Positions 54,434-64,000 of a DNA stretch of 64,000 nt are shown piece by piece. The stretch is taken from NCBI GenBank assembly GCA_964016885.1, contig OZ024740.1:356190001-356254000 (forward strand). Direction: 5' to 3'. This stretch comes from Eledone cirrhosa. Taxonomy: Eukaryota. Each line of letters opens with the position of its first letter. The first letter of the stretch is position 1. A program made the translations under genes and the position numbers. The notes under the pieces were generated by a model, which worked only from the letters and a program-made list of their open reading frames with translations, was not told where the DNA came from and did not search any database.

Positions 54434-55422
54434 TATGAAACATATGAGAATATAAAACATATGCTGCAATGCATAAAATATGATGAACATCAATGGCAGC
54501 TCTGTGGTGATTTAAAGGGTGTTGCTCTTATGATTGGCTTGGAGGGTGGATACACTAAGTACTGCTATTTTCTGTGTGAATAGGACAGCCATGCAAGGGG
54601 TTCCAACTATCTTAGGAGACACTGGTGACCTCATCCATCATTGGAGCCTGGGATTAAAAATGTTCAACATCCACCTCTCACTGAACCAAACAAAATGTTG
54701 CTACCACCACTGCACATAAAACTGCGGCTCATGAAAAACTTTATAAAAGCTATGGACAAATCCGGTCAGGGATTCAATTTTTTAACATCAAAATTCCCCT
54801 CACTGAACGATGCTAAGATAAAAGAGAGAGTCTTCATTAATCCTCAGATTCGAGAGCTTCTTAAATGGTGACTTTAAATAAGCCCTCACGGAGAGGAGAA
54901 GGCTGCTTGGGAAACACTCAAGTTAGTGGCAAAGGGATTTCTTGGAAACAGAAGGGAAAGAAACTATAAAGAATTGTGAAAACCCTCACCAAGGCTTACA
55001 AGAATATGGAGCGTAACATGTCATTTAAAATCCATTGGTTGGACTCCTATTTAGACATTTTTTCAGTGAATTGTGTGGCAGTTAGTAATGAACATGGTGA
55101 AAGGTTCCACAAAGATATTTCAACCATGAAAAAGCTGTACCAGGGCAAAGAGAGCACGACAATGCTTGCAGACTATTGCTGGACATTGGCAAAAGATGAT
55201 TTTTCAGTCCACTATAAATCTCAAGCAAAAAAGCAGAGAGTAGATGCGGACTAGAGCTTAAAACATAATGACACATTGTATGTTATAATAAACTAATCAA
55301 ATATTATCTTTAAGCCTGTAGCTTATAAGCATTTATCAAGGTGATATTTGGATTCAGGACATGAAAATACATAGGAATTAAATATAAGAAGCACATAACT
55401 TTTCAAAAATGGTTGGCCAGTG
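54434..55422 (+). mobile_element. Second Chapaev3-like transposon, 3' half
   Basis: ETYENIKHMLQCIKYDEHQWQLCGDLK...GYTKYC; LLPPLHIKLRLMKNFIKAM; KIHWLDSYLD...VSNEHGERFHKDI...LADYCWTL; right end GTTGGCCAGTG|TTA. Confidence 0.75.
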
Positions 55423-56095
55423 TTATTAACGTAGTATAACAAAGTGAAATAACTCAAGGTGTAAAATTGTGTGTACTCAATATAGCAGATGTATGGTATT
55501 ATGTATAGAAATGTTTATATTTATATAAATTTTTCTATATTAAAAATACTGTATGTTTCTTAAACAATATATGCCATTTTTTCCTCTCCCTATATCCATA
55601 TATCTTTTAATTCGAATTATTGATGCTCTGGACAAACGTCCATTGAGCTTTTCTTCTGAGAAACATAATCAGCATACATATTATATGTGTTATGATATCT
55701 TAACTTAGTATATATATACATACATATGAGTTCCGGGTTCACTCAGGGGTAACTACAGTAAGTAAGATTTCTTTTGAATGAAAGAGTTCTAGTCACACAC
55801 ACACACATACACACACACATACGCGCACCCCCCCCATATATATATATATGTTTGTGTGTAGGAGACCGTCTGTGTCTATGTTTGTGTCACTGCAACTTAG
55901 CGGTCCAACTAAAAACGTGATTGATAAATTAATTACGAGACTTGAAAAAATAACCGTGGGGTCAATAATAAAATTGAAGACTAAAATCCAAAGAGGGCTC
56001 AATAAGGATAAATATATATCAAATATATAAGAACCGTAGAGCAAATATTAGCGATTCTTTGCTTAAACTTTAATCTGTTATTTAATAAATATATA

Positions 56096-56274
56096 TATAA
56101 ATCATTTCGAAAATTACAACAGATTTATTTTCTGTTGTCATTTTCAACACACACACAGGAATATATATATATATACAACACACACACACACACACACACA
56201 CACTGTGTGTGTGTGTGTGTGTTGAAAATGACAACAGAAAATAAATTCTGTTGTAATTTTCGAAAGGATTTATA
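56096..56274. repeat. Inverted repeat around a CA/TA/TG microsatellite loop
   Basis: Arms 56096-56158 / 56203-56274, each itself a hairpin. Confidence 0.8.
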
Positions 56275-57171
56275 ATTCACCAAGATATATCATATTTTTC
56301 GATCAGTATTTGCGTATTTTATATCTCTCGTTTATAATTCTGCTCCTTGTTAACTAACGGTCAATAATATTCTGTGCTTGCTCTAATAAGTTAGAGCCGA
56401 TTATGAAATTTTCTTGATTGACCTTTCAAATCCCTCTGTTTGATTCCATTTTATTTACACATGAAGAAAGTTATCTTTCATTTCTTTTTACTTTAGTGTA
56501 CCATCAGTATTATTTATTTTATAATTTTAACAAATCAACTTACTCATAGCACACTTTTCACTGCTGCAGATACCATCAAAATTTATTTTACGTTTTTTAA
56601 GCAGCGATGATTCTAGAATAGATATGTGTCGAGTTGTATTATGTGCTTCGTTGGCACACTTGGTACCATTTACACATTTGACATTATATGCTAGCGTCAT
56701 AAATAATTCTACTTTTCTGTTAAAAGATGGGTTTTGACAGAATTCATAAATTTAATTGTCCGTGAAAGACATTCCAGACTATAACACTTAGCGACATGAC
56801 ATTGGTAATAAATATCATGTGTTTTTAATATTGGAGTATTGATAATCAGTAGTAATTTAAGAGCCTGTATGGCTGTGTGTTCAAACATTTCAACCATAAC
56901 TACGTGGATTCGTTTTCAATTCCGTTGCGCGGCAATTTTGGAATGTCATTTCTAATCATGCTTGGGGTGAACCAATACTGTTAATTTAATTTTCAAGACA
57001 GAAACTGTGCTGAAAAACATTATATATATATATATATGTATATGCAAAAGTTTTATTTAATATATATATATATATATATTTATTAAAATAACAGATTAAA
57101 GTTTAAGCAAAGAATCGCTGCTTTCACCCTTTGGATTTTAGTCTTCAAATTTATTATTATTACTATTAACA

Positions 57172-57322
57172 GGGCGGTGGATTGGCAGTATTGGTAGAGG
57201 GTCGGACGCCATGCTTTGACGTATAGAGTTACGGCCCTTGCCATTCTGAGTTCAAATGCCGCCAATAAAATACCCTTAATGCACTGGGTAATTGCTGGCC
57301 TTGTGCCAAACGTAGAAACAAT

Positions 57323-57326
<4 letters not shown>
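57172..57326 (+). mobile_element. SINE family A with internal deletion
   Basis: GGGCGGTGGATTGGCAGTATTGG head, GAGTTCAAATGCC, 3' TTGTGCCAAACGTAGAAACAATTATT. Confidence 0.85.
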
Positions 57327-57370
<44 letters not shown>

Positions 57371-57376
57371 TTGTAA

Positions 57377-57407
<31 letters not shown>

Positions 57408-57769
57408 AATATATATATATATCAAATGTAAGTGTAAAATCCAATCAAGCTGGAGAGAGTAGAGATTAGTTTGTGAGAATGATAAGCCAGAAGTGAAGAG
57501 GACAGTGTGCTCAATACGTATATGATGCAAGACAAGCGTACAACAAAAGCAAGCAAGAGAAATATAAGTCATGCAATAAGAATATAGTCAGAGCGAAGGA
57601 GAAGGCCAATACCACCTAGATCTATCGCTTCATATATTGATAGGTCTCAATCTTATGGATCGAATTGTGATTTGTCCTCTAAATCAATTGTAAACAAATA
57701 AATATTTTTTCAAGAATTTGGTTGTTTATATTCCTATTATAATATATATATATATATATATATTTATTA

Positions 57770-57841
<72 letters not shown>

Positions 57842-57846
<5 letters not shown>

Positions 57847-58539
57847 TAAAGTTAGTCCTTCATCAGTGATCTTCCAACCATCATTGGTATTTCATCGCTT
57901 TAAAGACCATATACCTCCGGTTGGTGCGAGCAACGGCTAAAAAAAGTTGTTGGGACACGTAAATAAAGGGGACACGAGTGTAAACAAACAAAGATGGTGA
58001 AGCAACGAAAAGTGAGGAAGAAGGAGTCAAGTCCCAAATTTCTATGAATTTAAATTCGGTGAAATCGTGAACGAGAGAGAATAAAGACCATCAAACCTGG
58101 TTGAAATGTGAGCAAGGAAGGAATTCCGTACAGGTCTAGCGGGAGGAAGACGGGATCTAGTCTGTGAATTCGGTGAACGTAAGTTCTGTGAAATCGTAGA
58201 CGAGAGAGAGAAAAAAAGCGACCTGCCAGACCAAGGGTGCGAAAGAAAAGAATTACGGAGGGGTCAAACGGGAAGAAGGAGGAGGAGGAGAGGTAGTAAC
58301 AGAGAATGAGTGAGTGAAGGGTGAGGAAGAGGCTAACAGAGAGAGTGACTGCTAGAGAGGGTAAAGATACAGAGATAGAGGAAGCAGTAAGAACGAAATA
58401 GACGGGTAACAGCGGGGGAAAAAAATGTGTAAATATGAGAATAAACGTGCTGCGGGGTTGCTAATGGGTTACATATGAATAAAGTTAGTCCTTCATCAGT
58501 GATCTTCCAACCATCATTGGTATTTCATCGCTTTAAAGA

Positions 58540-58545
<6 letters not shown>
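57842..58545. mobile_element. TA-flanked insert bounded by 70-bp direct repeats
   Basis: ATGAATAAAGTTAGTCCTTCATCAGTG...TTTAAAGACCATATA at 57842-57912 and 58475-58545; purine-rich interior. Confidence 0.7.
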
Positions 58546-58591
<46 letters not shown>

Positions 58592-58605
58592 TGTATATAT
58601 ATATA

Positions 58606-59026
58606 CACACACATGTTAAAAAAAATGGGCCAAGCTACCTTTCATCATTTATTGAACGAAATGGTACATTATATGCGTTATAAATGAACTGTGAACATAT
58701 CAACTGATACAATACAACTAGAACAAGACATCACATCATTAGTATGGAATAGAATTTCCTTTGAATTTTTTCAAACAATAAATTATTTTAGGCATGCTCT
58801 CAACCAACTTCAAACACTGTGATGAGGAAATGTTATTCCACTCATTCTGAACTGCTTCCCTTAGCTTTCCTTGATTCGGAAAAGTTTTCCCTGATAATGA
58901 ACGAGAAATAATAGCCCAAATATTCTCAATTGGATTTAAATCAGGGCTTTGGCCAGGCCAAAACATTACATCAATTGAATGATCAGCCAACCATTTTTTA
59001 GTTATCTTAGCCGTGTGTGCAGGAGC
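58606..59026 (-). mobile_element. Tc1-family transposon 3' fragment
   Basis: APAHTAKITKKWL...WPGQSPDLNPIENIW...ESMP...KGNSIPY* (58739-59026); terminus TA|CACACACATGTTAAAAAAAATGGGCC; 5' part lost at a microsatellite. Confidence 0.85.
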
Positions 59027-61752
59027 ATATAAATATACATGTATGTGTGTGTGTGTGTGTGTGTGGTGTGTCTGTGTGTGTGTGGTGTGTGTGTGCGTGT
59101 GTGTGTGTCTGTATTTTGAATGGAATGTATGATAGCTTAAAATTAACCGCTTTGGCGTTTTTGACATGCAAAAAAAAATCGAATAAGTGGGGCATAAAAG
59201 CACGTAGAATCAGAAATATATGGACACCGTTGCTTGTGGAACATGCACTCCCACCTGCCCAATGACGGATGGCGGCACAATCAATTACATCAAAAGGAAT
59301 TGATAAAATTCCCCGTTATTTTATACCTTATCTATTAACCAGTGGATGTAAATAAACCTATCTTTAGGAGCTTTGAGCAAATTATGAATATCGAATGTAT
59401 GTTAACGTTGGATAAAATGCTATTGCACTATTTAATCTGGATCTTTACCTTCTGAGTTCAAATCCCATCAAGGTCAAATTGGTCTTTCACCCATCCTGGA
59501 TCGATAAAATAAAGCATAACCATGTCCCTCTCCTAAAATATGTTTGCCTTTTGCCTAAATTATACATAGTGCATAATATTAATTATGCGCCCTGCATAGT
59601 GTAATGTGCCACGTGTAATGTGTTTTTCAGTCCCCTGTGTTTTGATGTTAAATATCAGTAGGAACAACTTTGCCTCTTATTCTTCTGAGGTCTATGAAAC
59701 AGGATAGTAGAGTTAATTCAATCGACTCTATTTCTTTATTTAAATGTTTGCTCTTATTGTACTAGCGTTGATTATCAATATTTTTAGAGTGTTGATATCG
59801 AAAGATAAATAATGAACCAGACAAAATATTTTACAGCATTTAGTTACATTCATTTATTTTTTTTATTTAAAACCCGTTGTGATGTACTTTATGTTTTATC
59901 CTTCAGTATTCGATTAAATATGTACCAGGCATGAGCTGGCCTGAATTTATGAGACAGCACTTTCTATTAAAATATTTATATTTATAATAAAAATAATTGG
60001 TTTGAATATAGTCAATGTGTTCTACATCGGAAATATCCAGGGTAGGTTTAAATGCGCTAATTAGGAAAGTATTGGGGCTAACTTATATTATTCTGTAGCT
60101 AAACAAACAAAGAAAACAACTCTGAACTCCTGTGCCTTATTACGCCCCCATCAGTGGGTGTAAAGCTATAGCCATTGCTTCCTAGTGCATACTAAAAATA
60201 TATATGGCCTAGCGTCAAATATTAAAATCAATATTTCTCTTAAAGTAACCATAAATGGCCACAGGAATAGCTATAAGAAATGCTCAAATACTTCTTTAAT
60301 TATTTATCTAGTTAACATTTCGGAAAGGAATTGTGAAAAATGTTTTCATAATAGATTGCGTTAAAAAAAATTTACGTAAAAGGCAAAATAGATTTTATGT
60401 TGTTTGAAACTACTCTATTGGGTAAACACCACCTAGAATAAGATTTCGTATAAGTTTATAGAAAGATGTTAAGTTGGCAGAAATAGTAGAAGGCCGGAGA
60501 TAAATTTCTTACAATATCACTCCATCTAAATCTAGATCTCACTTGGGTTATCTTTAGATCTCATCCATTTGATGTAAATAAAATACAAGACAATTCGATG
60601 GGACACATTAACTTTCTCTACCAAAATTGCTTTTGTGTTTCCTCAAAAGAAATTCTATATATTATTTTATGCGAGTGTTTCATAGTTAATGATCATATTT
60701 TCCTTTCCAAACATATCGTGTAGGTACGCGTATATCGTTCATGTACAGCTGTCATGAAAGACAGAAATATCAAACGGACCACTAAATAGTACGACGCCAG
60801 TTGCAAGCTTGCTGACTGAGTTTCGTTTATCTTTCCCATTAAAACCACAGAGAGATATTAATGTATATCGATCGGCAACATTAATTTTTATTTCTGGTCA
60901 GCTCTATCCACTAATAATATTCGTCAACGTTTCGAAGCAATAATTTTCACTTGATATATAATTTCACATTTAGCCTCTTAACTTCCCTGGGATTTATTCG
61001 GAATATTATCAAAAAAGTGGAAGATATAACTTTACTTTCAGGACACATCAAGGTTTTTATCTCTAAAGGTTCAGCATCGACATTTTATGGTGCATTTTTA
61101 AATGAATTCCTTTGAAATAATTATTGATGATTGCTAGGGAAAGTATCGTCCATGATATTATCTATTTTTCTTCTGTAATCCTTCATTTAGTCAAATGGAA
61201 AAATATTCATAAATGTTATAAATTACTTATGCCATGTGAAAATCTACTGATAATTATATTTGACAGCTAACATTTTCTGTTCTTCCTGAAAAGTTTGTCT
61301 AAGTAACATTGAGACAAATAAAGATTTTGTTAGAATACGTGATGAGTACAAATTTAATTGGTAGACTGACGAAGTAGTGTGATAGTATCGAAATTGCAGT
61401 CAAGAAGTAAGTGATTCAGTAAGCGATAATCTTCATTGGGTTCCTGTGCTGAGTTGAGCAGTTTCCAAGTAATATAGCCAAAAAGGGAAACTGGTATCTC
61501 CTCAATCTAGAAGCCCATAGGGCTGATCACCCATTAATAGATTATTCCGATTAAATCACTGAACGAGTCAACAAAAGAAGCACCGTTGAGAAGAATGAAC
61601 TGTCAAAACCTAAAATGAATTCTTTCAATTGAAAATAGTATATAGGGCGGTTTGTTGGTAAAACTATATAACGTCAGACGAAATAAAAAACAGTTTTAGG
61701 GTCGACTTTGATTTGAATCTGTGCAGGGTCGATACTATTGATGTCAGTTATA

Positions 61753-61934
61753 TAATTGTTTCTACTTTAGGCACAAGGCCAGCAATTACCCAGTGCATTA
61801 CTGGTACTTTATTTTATCGACCCCGTAAGGATGAAAGGCAAAGTCAACCTCGGCGGGATTTGAACTCAGACCGTAAAGGGACGTAACTATGCTGGAAAGC
61901 ATGACGTCCGACCCTCTACCGATACTGCCAATCA
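61753..61934 (-). mobile_element. Young SINE family A
   Basis: Near-identical to 10688-10875. Confidence 0.9.
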
Positions 61935-62917
61935 TAATGTAATCAATTTAGTTTATTATGAAACTATCCTCAAATAACATTTCCTGTACATTGAAGTAAG
62001 AAACAAATAAATGGAACAATGTAGCTGAAAGTTTCACATTTCCAAATAATAAGTCTGATACCAAGCATAACATGAACCAATCACAGAATACTGTAGATTA
62101 TACTCGGTGATGTGAGAAGGAATATGATGAGAAAAAAAATAATAGTAATGCGATATTAGTTTGTATGACAACAAAAGACTAAATAACACAAATCATACAC
62201 ACCTTCATACAAACACACTGACGTATAACGTGATTCATGAATTTTGTTGAGTTAACTAAATCCTTGACTACACCGATAATATCTTTTCTGGGATGGAAAA
62301 TATCTGAGATGTTTCTTATCTACACTAGAGTTTCAATCATAGAAAACATTTATTCTGAAACGAACTGCCAAGTCACGATAGGTTAACGAACAATCGACTT
62401 CATTTTAAATAGCACTCACTGAAATATAACGAAAAATGATACATCATTTTATATAGAGCTATTTCAAATACAAACTAAAGACACAATTCACTATGCAAAG
62501 TAATAATAGACACGATAAACGGATACCACAAGAGGTTACTATATAATCATCAGTATATTCATATCACCAGTAGAATACTTTCAGATGTTCTACTAAAATT
62601 ATCTAGAATATATTTGTTTGGTATTTCAAGACTCGGCACCTTTGCGTCAAAATTGACCGCGACCGATCGATATTGGTATAAACACTGATATCGGTCAATC
62701 TATCCATAATAAAATATTAAAGCAATATAAATATTACTATTCTGCAATGTTAATTGCATTGACTAAACCAAATGATAGAAATTACTGCGCACACTTTATA
62801 TATGTAGTACTTTAATGACAAATAAACTAAAAATAAACTTTGTGTAGAGAACGTAATAGTTGTGATTCCTGTTGATTCTACGAGAATGACATGAATACAC
62901 CTCCAAATTACCTACCC

Positions 62918-63112
62918 CAGACCTATCAACTTTCCCCGTTCAACGGGGAAATATCCCCGATTTGGCTCATTTCTCCCCGTCTCTCCGTTTTTGTGAAAAT
63001 GGATATAGCTTTCATTATGTGAAATCTCCGCATTTTGCCTTATTTGTCTCCATTTTGGGGCACCTTTTTTCATGGCACTCCCCGCTTGGGTTTTTAGAGG
63101 TTGGCAGGTCTA
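62918..63112. mobile_element. MITE, probably hAT-type
   Basis: Imperfect TIRs CAGACCTATCAAC / GTTGGCAGGTCTA; repeated TCCCCG subterminal motifs; TSD degenerate. Confidence 0.5.
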
Positions 63113-64000
63113 CTAGCTCCTAGATTTGGTACTGGTAATTAACTATTCAAAGGTTAAATAAAGAAAGAAAAATAAATATTTAATACTTTTTCTGTCTTTG
63201 TCTTTCAATATCATCTGTTTACACCTTTTCAGTTTTACGACTATATTTCTGAAGATCTATGAACATGGTTACTCTTATTGAGATATTGTTTAGGGTATTT
63301 GATGGTAGAATTAAATGATTATCGACATTATTCATTGCCCAGATGTCCAATGTGGATATGGCCAACTAGTCATGCATCCAACGATGGATACATTATATGC
63401 AAAGACCAGATATTAGCTTGATCGTAATAATGTTTTCAGTTGTTCACTTCGTTGATTACTCCCAAGTTGGGTTCAGACTTGACGGCATTGCGAAGCAGAG
63501 TGTGTAACCAAAGCAATGGAGTTGCTTTAGGGGTAAGAATTGTTGGTGGATGGAATTGATCTACCAGCGACGACGAATTTCAGAGTTAGGCACAAATTCA
63601 ATACGGAAACATAAAAGATTCAACGAAGGAAAAAGTACTCAAACACGAACAGCTTGTGAAAGTCTGTCGTTCTCATTGGCAACATCTCGTAACCATATAG
63701 AACATAGTTTGAACTAGTGTACGGTAGTTGTGGCTATTTGTGGAGACAGAATGTAGCACGCGCATGATTGTTGTAAAGGTCTATTTTCTCCATCTGTGGC
63801 AGTGAAGCTGGTGTCAATAACTGACTGTATTGTATAATAGATGAGTGTTTGATAGCTTTTATTACTAACTTCAAATTCTGCCAGGAGCAGAATTTAAAGA
63901 ATTTATATTTTTTTTACATAGTTTGTTGATTTATTTTGTGAAATTTGTCCTTATTTCACCCAATCATATAATTACCTATAACGTAATCAATTATATCCCA

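Overview
AT-rich, microsatellite-saturated eukaryotic DNA with no confidently identifiable host exon. The repeat content (two tRNA-derived SINE families, dense (TA)n/(CA)n/(GA)n tracts) suggests an octopus/cephalopod intron or intergenic region; this is inference. Almost all listed ORFs are microsatellite artefacts. Real coding remnants are all transposon-derived: three Penelope-like GIY-YIG fragments, Dong/R4-, CRE- and RTE-type LINE 3' fragments, two Chapaev3-like transposase pseudogenes, a Tc1 fragment and hAT fragments; there is also a non-autonomous Helitron. The most striking signal is a dense population of short elements inserted in (TA)n tracts. They carry type I hammerhead ribozyme motifs from about seven sequence families, including a non-canonical U3-A8/C13 core. 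Many are non-coding fold-backs with ribozymes on both strands, a one-sided tail and an arm boundary at an internal TATA-like motif. All structures were read by eye; nothing was computed or database-checked.
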